From positions 69,874,001-69,938,000 of the forward strand of contig OZ241830.1 in assembly GCA_965202585.1 (NCBI GenBank): DNA of 64,000 bases, written 5' to 3'. Shown here in pieces: positions 36,861-50,000 of the stretch. Source of the stretch: Thalia democratica. Its lineage: Eukaryota. The stretch's first letter is position 1. Each line of letters begins with the position of its first letter. The position numbers were made by a program, and so were the translations under genes. Under the pieces are notes generated by a model. That model had not been told where the DNA came from. It did not search any database and saw only the letters and a list, made by a program, of their open reading frames with translations.

Positions 36861-37611
36861 ATCAGAAAGAGCCAAGTTAATGTTTTATGGTTAGTGGTTG
36901 TACTTTACCTACCGTTTTTTACACTTTTGTACTTGTTGTATTTTGTTTGTGACCTTAATGAAATACTAAAGGTTTAGAAATATTAAAAACTTACAAATAC
37001 ATACTGTTTTGTAATTTAATGTTTATTCATAAGTGTTTTAGCATATACTATAAAATAAATTAATTAAAGAATACGATAAAGTTTTAAAATCGAATGTTAA
37101 CTGGTTTTAAGCAAAAAAAAGAAAGATAATCCAAAAAATAATATTGAATATTTGTTCTTAACAACTTACTTTAAAATATTTGAGTTAACCGAGTGTCAGT
37201 CAAAAAAAATATTTAAAACTAAAAAACTTACAAGTTTTGCAGTTACTGCTTCGACAACTTTTTATATTATTTTAATTAGAAATTTTATAACATTTTTTAA
37301 GGGTTACAGTTTTAAATTTCATCGAATACATCTTTAAGTATCTTTGTTGATTACCTGTTGTTAGTGCTGTTATTTTTTTCTATTTATAAACATATATCAA
37401 AATTATTTTGCTATTATAAAAGTTTTCAAATTAAGACTATAACAAAATAAAAACTTTATATTAAACTGGTTAAGTTTTAAAAAAATGTTTACAAAATATA
37501 ATTATTTTAAAAGGTACTTTAGTGCAGGCGTCAAGGGTTTAAAATATCGTTTATAAATTTTTGCTACATGTAACAAATTTAAACAAAACGATGCAAACAT
37601 AATGTTGAAAT

Positions 37612-37830
37612 TAGCAAACCGGCATGATAGATGTTGGAAACTAAAAATAAATTCCATTAAAGCTTTATCAGAAGAACAAAATTTCAAAGTTACAGCCGCA
37701 AGTGTAATTTTGCATGGCAACGAGCATCGCGGTTACTAGGCAACATATCACCAAGCAACATATCGACTCAAATGTAACTAAGAGCATTAATGTATTCTGT
37801 TTGCTTTTTGCGGATTCATAATTACTGAAC
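37612..37830 (+). repeat. Module Z, copy 2
   Basis: GTTACTAGGCAAC at 37732-37744; core about 90% identical to copy 1. Confidence 0.85.
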
Positions 37831-37935
37831 CTACTAAAAATAATCTGCAAAAGTTTATTTAAAGAAAAGTTCCTAACACTAAATAAATTAACTGCATAAC
37901 TTAAGTGTGGAGTTTGAACTCTTAAAAAAAAATTG

Positions 37936-38005
37936 TATACTAAACAGGTCATGGTGAGTTTTCGAAGTATTTAAATTAACCAGAAGTAAGCAACTGCTTT
38001 AAATG
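37936..38005 (+). repeat. Short direct repeat W (second copy 38921-38995)
   Basis: tatactaaa(c/t)aggtcatggtgagttttcgaagtatttaaattaacca(g/a)aagta: 2 mismatches in 53 nt. Confidence 0.85.
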
Positions 38006-38789
38006 TTTATCATAAGTTTGCAGTTTTGTCCTACAAAACAGAGTGAAAAGCTCACCATAAAACAACAAATGCCTAACAAACATTTAAAACGAACTTTTTG
38101 TTTAAAATTGCGGTCGATTGTAAAAGTTTCTTGACAGATTTCTTTATTATTTCAGTTTAACTTCAGCCTTGTTATTTTTGTAAGTATTTGCTTCGACTTT
38201 TTCTTAAGCAGTTGATGGGGTTTCAAGCATTTTCAATACAAAATCAATCAATTTTGCATTTACGTTTAAAGTGTTTTTGAAGTTCAAACAAGAAGGGTGT
38301 AATTTTATGGATTTGAATAATTTATCATTTAAGTTACTATAAACAAAGCAACAAGGTTTAGTTTGTAAATGCAATTATTTTAAAATATTTAACTTAAGTA
38401 CTTAAGTAGTATTTAATGTTTTATACAAAATAAAAAAAGTAAAGTTTTTATTCTAAAGTTTTTTTTATTCAGGTCGTTTCAATATCTAAAACTATATATT
38501 TTTGATAAGAATTTATAAAATAAAAAGTTTAATTGAATATTTTAAAATAGTCACATAGTTCAAAACACACTAAATAATTAAATTTAGTTGTGCATTTTGT
38601 TTTTGTATTTTAAATTAAACTTAATACAATTATACTCAATTTAATAACAGTTAGTACACATAAACTTAGTATGGTAAAATTTTGCTCTGTATACATAAAA
38701 CCGTTTGACTAAGTACTTATTACGTATGACATATGATTAAATATGTTCTTAATGTTAAGACAAGTTATTTGCTAATTTTATCTAACAAA

Positions 38790-38880
38790 CCTCACCAAAC
38801 ACAACAAGTTTTACCACCCACGAATCAGCATAAATGTCATATCTGCTGTCGAGAATTTGTCGCCGTGTTATTTGGAACAT
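38790..38880 (+). repeat. Module Y, copy 3 (5' part only)
   Basis: ttttaccacccacgaa ... gagaatttgtcgccgt shared with copy 2. Confidence 0.7.
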
Positions 38881-39794
38881 TCAAAACTATTTTTTTAACT
38901 TCTGCATTTAAAAAGTATTTTATACTAAATAGGTCATGGTGAGTTTTCGAAGTATTTAAATTAACCAAAAGTATATGCTGTTTTAAATGTTTACCATAAA
39001 CATAAGCTTCTGCATTTACCTTAAGCTACATATTTTAATGTCGTTGATCACAAACACAAAAGCGGCATAAACATAAAATTGTTATTCATACTAACTTGTT
39101 TAAAGTAAAAAATAATGTACTAGTTTCTTATTACACTTAAACTTTTTGTTGTATGCTCAAGCCTGCTTTGGTTAGAAATTGACAGTTGAAATATTATAGT
39201 TATACAAATGATCATTTTAACTAATCTGAGTTTTAATAACTAAAAAAAAAGTAAAAAGATAAAATTATTTATTTAACTAATCTAATTTATAAAAAATAAA
39301 ATAGGTAGGTTAAATATGCGTAAGATAAGTTTTAGATCGTAAAAACAAAAAGTCTTTTAAATGTAGCCAATAATAAATTTTGAATGTTTGTATCAATTAG
39401 ATTAGTAAAAGGTTCTTACTTATTTAAGTACACAAATTTTCAATTAGAACAATAACTAAAGAAACGATTGTGGTACTATTCATCTATTTCTATTACAATA
39501 TTATTAGCTACTTAAGTATTGACTAACGAAAAAAAACTTTTGACAGTTCTAAGAAAGGATGCTTTGTTTATTTTTCTTAAATTAAGTTCTTAAACTAGCT
39601 AATGTTTATGCTATTTTTAGATATATATGTATATATATGTACAAGTAAGTTCAATTGTAAAGTTATTTAGATAAGGTGTTAGGCTTTTCGACATAAAATT
39701 TACAACAATATTACTTTGTTTATAAAGATTAATGAAAAAGATGCAAGCAAAAGCTTTAATAAAAAAAAACATAAATGTAGTAAGGTTTTATTAC

Positions 39795-40010
39795 CCCAAC
39801 ATCAAGAGAATAAAATTTCATAGTGACAGCCGAAAGTGTAACTTTGCATGGCGACGAGCATCGCGGTTACTAAGCAACATATCACCAAGCAGCATATCGA
39901 TTAGAATTTATTTAACTGCATTTATGTATTGTTTGCTTTTTGCGGATTAATATTCTCAGTGTTTAATGCAAATTGTTGTAAATTATATTTCGTTTGCTGT
40001 CTTGAAAAAG
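39795..40010 (+). repeat. Module Z, copy 3
   Basis: GTTACTAAGCAAC at 39866-39878. Confidence 0.85.
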
Positions 40011-41003
40011 TTAGTTTAAGAGAATTAAGAAAGTATCAATAGTGAATATATGAAAACATTTAAACTTTTAAACAGCATGATACCTAATAAAAGATAAAAT
40101 TGCTTTTATAAATAATCATATTGAATAATTAAACTCTACACTTTAAAATATCGAATAAACAGTGAATAAACGAAATAAAATTAGGATATTAAAATTGTTT
40201 TAATAATTTAAATTGTTTATGATAAATGATGCTAAATAAAAACATAATTTAAATTTTTAGTTACTAAAAAAAATATATAAGTAAGTAGACGTAATAAACA
40301 AAATCTTAATGTTCAGTTGCTGTTAGATTTAATTTAAATGCAAATTTATTTTAGAGTACTTATGTAACCCGTATGTAGGTATGTCGTAACAGTAAAATTA
40401 AACAGGTAGAAATAAAAAATATATATTTAAAGTAAAAACTCCACTTATTAAAGTGGAGTTTCTTGTATTATTTTGATCTGCAGGATATTAATGTACTTAA
40501 TTTAAAATTACGCTGGTGTTAAGTGTGTAATTTTGTGCTTAAACAATTTCACTAAAGCTTATTTTTGTTTTTTACTTTTTTTTTGTTAGTTTAGATGTAC
40601 CTACTAAATAGTATTTTTTTTTGCTTAGATTTAAAAGTTGGATTTATGTCTAGCTTGCGATAACTTTAATCTTACATGTTTAAAAAAACTATGTAAATGA
40701 CCGGCCCGCTAATGTTTAGATAATAAAAATAATCAATATTGTTTTATTCATTTAAGGAGTGCAAAACTGCGATATAAGATTAATTGTTAATATAAATAAC
40801 ATAAATATTCAGTTAGTGTTAAAAGTGTATTTACGATATTTAATGAAAAACTGTTTTAATAAATATTTATTTAATTATAAAATTAAAATAAGAAGCAGTA
40901 AAAGAAAATACTTTTATTGTATAAAAACTCAAAGAGAATTAAATAAAAAAACTAAAAACTGAAAAAAAAATTAAACAAGACTAATAGTTAACACAAAATT
41001 ACT

Positions 41004-42014
41004 TCAAATTGAAGTTTTGTTCTGTTTAGTCATTGGGACTTTAACGCAGCAAAATTTCTCAAAATTTTCCAGCTTTATCGAAGTTTTGAAACTAATTTTT
41101 TTTTTCTTGACATCATAACTGTTTACATTGACTTTATTGTTTTCTCTTTGGAAGAAATAGATCTTATATCCAATGCTCACCACCTGGTATGTGCTGATAA
41201 ATAGATCTTGTATCCCTACCCATTTTGGAATGTCATTAATATACGTGAACTTTCTTGTAACACTATCAAATACTTCAAAATAGTAACTACTACCTCCAAT
41301 CATAAACATGTTATTGCCAATTCTAACTGCAGCATGATTGCTTCTTGGTGATAACATGTCAGGAAAACAGGACCATTTATTTTCATGAAAGTCATAAGCT
41401 TCAATTGATTTTAGCTTTTCAGCGCGAATAAGTACTTTACAAACTGGCCTATAATATTCTCTAAATCGATTTCGAACTACTCTTCTTGAACCTCCTGAAA
41501 CAATCATTTTGCCTTCAAAAACTGTACAAGCTGCCTCTCTCCTACTTTCTATCATAGAATCGGCAGAAGTCCATTGATCACATTGATTATCATAAAACAT
41601 ACAATAGCTGTTGTAACTATTTCCACTGATAACAAACACATTTTGCATAAAAGAACACACAAAGTAAGGTAGATCTAACTCTTTTAAATAAGGTAACTTT
41701 TTCAAGGTGTTTGTAAAAAACGAACACTTTATAACGGCTGATGAACTGCGGTCTTTAAACTGGCCAAATACAAAAATATCTGAACCACTAGACACAGCTT
41801 TAACATCATTATTAGGTATAGGTAGGTGAGAAAAGTAAGTTTTATTATGAAAGTCGTTCAACAGAAATGGTCTGTTGTTTGATTTACCTTCGCCATACCT
41901 TTTACCACTTAACACAGCAATACTAAAGTCTTCCTGATAACAATATCTATTTTGGTACAAAACAGAAAACTGATCACTTAAACTTCTGCTAAGTTTTTTA
42001 GAACTAGATGGCAT
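41004..42014 (-). CDS. Kelch-repeat (beta-propeller) protein, uninterrupted 336-aa ORF, no BTB/BACK domain visible
   Basis: Kelch signatures CTVFEGKMIVSGG, SIEAYDFHENKW, MLSPRSNHAAVRIGNNMFMIGG, FEVFDSVTRKF plus degenerate blades. The start codon is uncertain: the frame is open 19 codons further upstream and possible acceptors exist. Confidence 0.85.
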   Translation of the reverse strand: MPSSSKKLSRSLSDQFSVLYQNRYCYQEDFSIAVLSGKRYGEGKSNNRPFLLNDFHNKTYFSHLPIPNNDVKAVSSGSDIFVFGQFKDRSSSAVIKCSFFTNTLKKLPYLKELDLPYFVCSFMQNVFVISGNSYNSYCMFYDNQCDQWTSADSMIESRREAACTVFEGKMIVSGGSRRVVRNRFREYYRPVCKVLIRAEKLKSIEAYDFHENKWSCFPDMLSPRSNHAAVRIGNNMFMIGGSSYYFEVFDSVTRKFTYINDIPKWVGIQDLFISTYQVVSIGYKIYFFQRENNKVNVNSYDVKKKKISFKTSIKLENFEKFCCVKVPMTKQNKTSI

Positions 42015-45000
42015 ATTTTTATATATTGCTGAGAAATTTTTTATGTTAATCAGAACTGTACAAGTAAACTTTTACATATATTCTAATTGATTACTTTTTA
42101 TTCAGTTTTTAAATTACTCAAGTTTTTTTTTGAACCAAGTTTAATTGAAAAGTTTATTTTTTTGCTAACACAAGTTCTTTTAAACCAAGGAAGTTATTAG
42201 CTTAAGCATATAAAAAGTATTTAAGCTTTTTTTTTACTAAAACACTGTTTTTACTTTATTTACTGTTTTTGTTTAATATGTAAAAATATATTCAGGATAT
42301 ATTTAGTTTTAATAAAAAATCTAATTATATACTAAAACATCAAAAGATCTGTTACCACAGTTTATAAATACTATTTAACAAAAAAGTTTTATTGAAATCT
42401 TTTAATCTTATATTAATTTATTTATGTTTTTGTAAGGAACGTTACATATCAACTTAATATACAAATATTTTAAACAGCCTACTACATGAGAAAATTTCAA
42501 ACTATTTAAATTGAGTGTAGCATATACTGTATATTTTTCAAACTTTTAATAAATTATTATTGTTTTTTAGTTTTAAATACTAGTAATCTGAATTATTTTA
42601 TGAGCCAAGAAATTTAAAATAAAGCTTCAACAGCAATTACTACATTAGCTTTTCATTATAGATTAAATTAAATTAATTTAAAACTTTTAGAAATATATAT
42701 TTTCTGCTCAACTCATCAATTGTTTTCTAAGCAATAAAAATAAATTTTAAATCTACCATAAATACTAAAAATGTAAAAAACGTTAAAGTAATAATAATAA
42801 TGAAAAGGGTAATTAATAATAAATAAGTACTTCTAATTACAATGGAACTGAAAAATAACTAAAAATACATAACAACTTGTAAAACAGTTTATGAAAACAA
42901 CGAAACAGTAAAATTAAAGTATTTATGCTTACACAATTTAGGTTTTCTTATAAAATACATATCTCCTCAAGTTCAATTTAATATAAAAGGTTAAAACAAT
43001 TTTTAAAAGTTTTAAATGTTTTCGATTTATAATTACTAGCACAAAAGGTTATTAAGTAGGTGTTCTGCTAAAGCAAATATTTTTGAAGTATATGATACTC
43101 TGTAAGATTTATTCTCCTTACTACTCGTTTTACAAAATACATCAATACTTTTTGGAATATGCTACTTTATCCTTTTGCCAAGTTGCCTAGAATTCATTCT
43201 GACATAACTATCTTCACAGAAGCGCTTGAACTGGTAAACTACCATACTTTTTTCTCATATTTTATAAAATTTGAGTCTTGTGTATATTTTTTGAAATAAA
43301 TTATTTAAGGTTTCAAACAAATTTTATGCTTCAGACTTTATAAAGTTTGTGATAAACATAAACAATAGAAGCTTACTTACTCAAAAAATAGGTAAGAATA
43401 CTACTTTTTTAAATACAGACAAAATCCTCATATTTCTTAACTTCACTAAAGATTTATTTTAATTTGATGTATGCTTGTTAAATAAGTTTTCAAAGTTGCT
43501 CAACTAAAAAACAAAATTTGATCTACTTTACAATTTAAATTAAAACTGCAAACTTTTTCAGTTTTTATATTTTGAGTGTTTAGAGAAAAGAAATTTATGA
43601 TAAACTACAGAAAAAAAAGTACTTTTTTATTTCTTAGTTTTTTTTTTATTTGTCATACACCAAAATGTTGTGTTATTTATTTTTTTTTTCACTTTGTTTC
43701 ACAGAGGTTATTAGGATAAATATATGGAATGTGAATTTAGCAGTTAAAAACGAATGTAAAGCAAAAGAGATAAATAAAAAGTACAGCTTATTTGTTTTAG
43801 CTGAAAGTAACATAAAATAGAGCTCTTGAGTGAGACTTTATGTACCTTTACCTTTTTCATCTGTAAAATGTAACATAAAATGAATCAAATACTAACATAA
43901 GTATCTTTAGAATCGTTTAACTCAGCACGTGTTGATTCAACGACAGTTGTTTTTTCGTACTTCGCTCGCAATCCAATTGTTTTCTAATAACCAATAACTT
44001 CTTACTATTGTAACGCTTTGTTTAAGTAAAGTTTTGTGTTTGTTTTGACTCATATATTGAACTACTACACTAAAAAAAAGTTTAAGTATGTTTTAAAGTA
44101 CTATATTATATTGGCTATATAATTTTTAAAATCTTAATATTTTATGTTTTGGGCAGTTGTTTTGTAAAATCTATACTTTTATATAACAAGATAAATAAAG
44201 GTAGAAATAAGGTAATTTGAAACATTCAAATTATAAAAATTTAAAGCTAAAAGTAATTACTTTTAAAGCTAAAGTATAAACTTTAAAGAAAGTTTTCATG
44301 AAAAATCAAAAAAGAAAAAACTGATGCTTTGTTTATTGCATAGTCTAAATCAATCTACTGCTTTAATGACAAAAAAAAAACCTTCAAAATTTTTATTAAA
44401 AAAAAACTAATTTTATTATAAAGATCAGTACAAGAGATAACAAATAAATTAAGTATGACTAAAAAAACGATAGAAAAAAGTGGTCTAAAATATTTAAGAA
44501 CAAAAAACAAGACTAACTTTATCGATTAAGTTATGTTTTATATCCCCATTGCTCATATTTACACATAGTTTTTTAAAGGTTTTGTAAATTGGTACTGAAG
44601 GCTACCTAAAGTCTAAGTTTTAAACACTTTTTACAGCTTTAATCTTTTTTTATATAAGTTTAATACATGTATCTTCAATGAAAAAATTTAAACTTGTTCA
44701 CAATATTAAAACAGTTTTACTCAAAACATTTTGAAGTCAATAGATTATATGTGTGTACTATCAAATATTATAATAAAAGTATAAATATGAAAGTCCTTAT
44801 ATATTTCAAAACTTTAAATACAAGCTCTATTACGATTTACTTTTAACTAAATACCAATGTGTGTAATTTAAGTGAATGAAAATTTTGGTTGATACATAAT
44901 AACTTAATAAAGTTTTTGCCGTCCTAAATCATCTTTTAATTAAAATTTATTTTATGGTTGTCTGCTAAGTAAAACTTTATTTGAAAACAGTGCAGGCTAT

Positions 45001-46874
45001 TGATTAGTTACTTTTAACTCAAACTATTTTTCAGTTAATCCTAATTTAGAAAAGCCAGCTGCAGAGTCGAAACTGAGCGATATACTCGTTTATATCACAT
45101 TCAAAATCTAATGTAAAAATAGAAATTATTATAACTTTCGCTCAAGAGATATCACATGTTATCATTATTCTGATGTCATTAATTATGTTGCCCAACAATG
45201 CACCTGTGTGCTAGATGAAGGTCTTTTTTCAATAATATATCATCTGATTACTCTTGACGAAAAAAACCATTACAATGATTAAAATTGGCACCCTTTGTAA
45301 TCTCAGTTCTAAGTCTGAAGTTTAACTTCTAGAATTTCGAGTAAACAATGAACTTTAAACTATGTCTGAAATAACTGACGGAAGTGTATTAGTGTACAAG
45401 TGTTTTAGTTTTGGCTAAAATTGTTTTATGTTAAAAAAAAAAGGCATTTTTTTATTTTTTTTTTCAATTATAGCCATTTTTAAGAGTTAATAAATGATAG
45501 AAAAGTGATTAATTTCGTTGTAATTATGTTTAAAATCTATTAGTAATTAAATAACAGTCTCTCAAAGTGAGTGATTTTAACCAGTAAGGTGAACAAAAAC
45601 TAACTGAGTAGTTACCTAGTAAAGTGGCGGTATCTAAATAAGGGCGCGATTATTTTCAAGCTTCTGCTTAGTTGGAGATAATGTAAACGAGTTTTGGAAA
45701 CCTTTATTTAGATAAAAAATACATTTACTAGTTTTTTTTCTAGTGGTAATTCTCTATAAAAGTTTATTACACAGTAGAGTAAAACTAAAAATTAAAAATA
45801 AACAACATAGATATACTAAATTCAGAATATTGCTTTGATTTGATTCGTATTGTAATTTAACTTATTTGTGACACAATGAATTTAATTATATTTATTTTAA
45901 TGTTTTTTACTACGTACAAAACTTTATATGTAAAAATACTGAAACAGATAAGTTGTAATGAAGCAACAAGGTTTGTTGTCACCACATAAAGTTTAATTTT
46001 TATTGAATAAGGCTTTAAAATATTTTGTTTTAAAATTTATCAACTAAAATTTTATCTAACTTTAAACTGAACCAGGTATTAACAATTACTAAAAATAAAC
46101 AAAAAAATCATAGACATTTTTACGATGAATTTTAAAACGTTTACAACGAATTAAAAAACAGGATGAGTCATTTTGCTATAAGTTGTCTACGTTTACTGCA
46201 TTTTATTATTAATAATCACAACACATATGAATTGAAAGTTTTAATAAAATATTATAGTATAAACAATCAAAATAAATGTTTATACACTAGATGACAGTTA
46301 AAATCTATCAAAAACTACGATATTTTTCTTTTTTACAACAATGTTTACGTATTGTGTTCAGTAAAGATTTTGATTACATTATTTTAAAAATCTAGCATGA
46401 AAATCTATTAAAATATATATTTTTAAACTTCGAAACTTAAGCAAATAGAACTTGAAATAAATTTTCTAAAATTCAAGCACAAATTAACATGAACAAGCGT
46501 CAATTAAGATAGATTTTTAACAATTTTGAAAAAAAGAACAAAAAATAGTTAAAAAACTAAAATTCAACTTATGGTCAAGCAGCTTTATAATATTTTGCTT
46601 AATTAGTTTTTTGTTTTAAGTTTTATTGTTAAAAAAGTTTTACAGTAAACGAACATAATGAGTTAAACTATTTATTCTTCTTTTTAATTCAATCAAGCTC
46701 TACTTTTACTCCAGTTAATAAATTAAACTATTATAAAAAGAGCGACCTAATATATTTAAGTCGGAACTAGCAAATAAAGCAAAAAAAAAAACATGAACTT
46801 AACCCGAAATGTGTTCAAAACAAACAAAAAATGCAGTGCCAGCACCGCTTTTCTTTCATATTATGACGTCACAA

Positions 46875-47027
46875 TTAGCTGCAAATAGTTTGGGAGGAAT
46901 TGTTTTGGAGAGGAGTGGTGCAGGAGATTGTGGAGAGATCGTAGCTGTGGGAGGATACGGAGGGGATGCTGCAAACCTCCGAACAATCAGACATTGAAGA
47001 GGGAGTCTGATCAGAGAAGTTGCTCAC
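46875..47027 (-). CDS. Isl: Islet B exon 7
   Basis: [11 protein letters not shown]...QTICS*TAA; ctttcag acceptor; 153 nt. Confidence 0.87.
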   Translation of the reverse strand: MSNFSDQTPSSMSDCSEVCSIPSVSSHSYDLSTISCTTPLQNNSSQTICS

Positions 47028-50000
47028 CTGAAAGAATAATGAATAAGATGATTAAGAATAATAATTTTTTAATAAGTAACAGTGATGACATAAAAATTAA
47101 AACTACATTGTTAAAAAGTTCTCATTAAACAGAACAATTTTTCAAAAGGTAAATAGACAGTTGAACACAAGATAAACAAAAACTAAGACGTTTTAAACTA
47201 CTTCAAGCAGTTCATTTTTTAAAATGAAATGTAAATTTAACCATATAATACGAGTGTATAACAAAAAATTTAGTTACATTTACTTAAACAGCCAGTTATA
47301 ATGTTGAAGAAATAACGCTAACGTTTTTAGTTACTTAAATTATTTTAAGTACTTTTATGTTAGAAAATACTTCATAAGAAATACTTACCAGTTGCTGAAA
47401 CGGGGGTTTTTCAATTTCGCTCTGCAATGCAAAATCACTCAGTGCCTTCCAAGCCGGTTGCTGTCGATGCTGGTAACTTGATTGGTCAATGTTGATGTCC
47501 GTGGACTGGTTAGTAGATTGTCCTGGATCGTTAACATTTTGGTTTCTAGTGTTAGGTTCGTCGTTTGAGTTGTACGCTTCTTTCTAAAAATAATTAAAGA
47601 AACTTTAAGAAGGTTTGTTTAATAGTTTTCATATATACATAACTTATACTACTGTTTTTCGTATTACATTAATTTTTCAAATAATGACTCTCTCCGCTTT
47701 TAAGTATTAAAAACCAACCTTAAGGCTGATCAAAACTCATACAACTTTAAATTGGTTCAATCGACTGCGCAATCGATACCAGTTATTTTCTTCGCGTTGA
47801 TAAACACTTAGTTATTGATTTACAGAGACATGCTACAAACTAGTATGTTACGTAATAATCTACTTGTGGTTATGATGTCACTGTATTGAAATAATTCGGA
47901 TTTTATATTGTGTAACGTGAATTTGAGGCTCAAAAACTGATCTCACACACAACCAGCCTCAACGCTTTTGTTTATTACAAAGCGCTTTTTATTAATAGAT
48001 TGTAGTTTTTTTAATCGATTTTAGACAGGTTTTTCTATAAAATTTAGTTATACACTACCTTGAAAAAACTATAAAGTTTTTTTATTAAATTATTCTTTTC
48101 AATTTAATAAATCAACAATTTATTTCTACTACAAATTATTTAGAAAATAGTTATACTGTATAATAGTGGTGTACGGCTCGGTGAATGAAAAGTGTTTTTA
48201 TACATTGGATACTTAGACCAAATATTTTTAGAATTTTCGTTTTTGTGCTTTATTATCACACTTTTATTATAAATTAAATAAACATTAATAAATAAGGTTT
48301 ACAATCAGAGCAGTGTTATTAAAACTAATCACCTAAATTTGTTTTATAAAAAAATGTGAATTCCTAAAACACTTGATTATAAAAAACTTGAAAAAGGTTC
48401 AACCTTTATAATAATTTTACCTTTAGTAGTTGGTACATTTATACTGATAAGCGTAAGTATCATTAGAAAAATACAACAAACTACGCCATAATCTACAACA
48501 GGGAATTATTAGTGAAAAAAAATGTTTTTTTTTTCATTTAAAAATTTAATATTTGTTGTACCATTGTAAAAACCTAAAAGCTTGCTGAAGCTACTTTCTG
48601 TTGTGTGATGCGTTGAATTTTTTATGCGTCTTCGATTATGTTAATTTAGTAAATTAATCACATTCACTCGCTCATGCAAATGCAAGAAAAATATAATAAA
48701 AATTAATTGGTTTTTGAACTGTAAAGTTTCAATAGCTAGAAAAGGTAAAACACTTTTATTACAGAAAACAACTCAATTAATACTTTATTAAGTATTTCCT
48801 TTTAAGTATAAACTCTATATCGAAAAAACAAAAGTTTAAGAAAATTAAATAAAGTTTTCATTAACGAGATATTACTGATTTTTCTAATCACACATAGTTA
48901 AAATCAAACTTATGGAAAACGGTTTCTATCAAAACTAAAGAGATAGGATTTTTTGCTGACAAGCTACTTCAGTTAAAGATGCACAACACACTCTATTTAT
49001 CAAATACTTTTTTTTCAAAGTAAACCGAATTGGCAGATTGCATGTGATGAGTTGAAGTTAATAATTGATAAGATGCCTCTTTCTATTTGAAAACACTTGC
49101 AAGAAAGGTGCATAGAGGCGAATAGGTCAAGCGTGGCTTGTCACTAATCCAATTAGAAACTCAGAATCTCAGATGTTCCACAGTAATCGATGTCATCATG
49201 AATATTTAAGAAGGTTCAATCGCCAACCTTACTCAACCTGCAACGCCGACAAACAATAAGAGCAGTCTCGGTTATTTAACCTTTGTGACGTAACAGAATG
49301 TATACTTTCAGCAATATTTTTCTTAATACGAGTCAATTAAATATAAATGAACTACTTCCGTAGGTTTGTTTTCTCTTTAAAATATAAACTATTCTAAAGC
49401 ACATAGTTTTTATTTTTGTTAATGATATAAATTTAGATGCAAAAAATATAGGCAGAAGTAATTTAAGTTAAAATCTCAACTAAACTTTAAGAACATTTTT
49501 AACTGAAGAAACTTTTTGTTCAATTTTTTTTGATTTCTTTTAAACTCTTTAAGTTTTTTTTTTTTCCTATTCTTAATAAAACTATGTTGTCTTTAGTTTA
49601 AGAACTGTCTTTTAGTTGTTCTATTTTATATCTACCGCCTATTTTTAATATTACTTATGTAGGAATTTTTTATCTAAAATAAATCTGCCTGTGATAAACA
49701 TTGATATTTTAAGCAAACGCAGAACTTTGGAAGACATTTTTTTTTTAAATTTAGCAAAAAGAATTGATTTTTTTTCCACCGATATAAAAACCAACATGAT
49801 GGGCGAATAATTATTTTTGTGTCACAACGCTTCCATAGCAACAACTTCCCTGAGGAGCGTGTTAAAGATAACCATCGTCGTGGTAACGAAAATTAATGCC
49901 ATTTATCATAATAACGTCATTAATCACTATTTTTATGATGTTTAAATACTAACTATTATCTAGAAAAATTTGAATAGTATTATTTTTTTTGTCTACGTTA

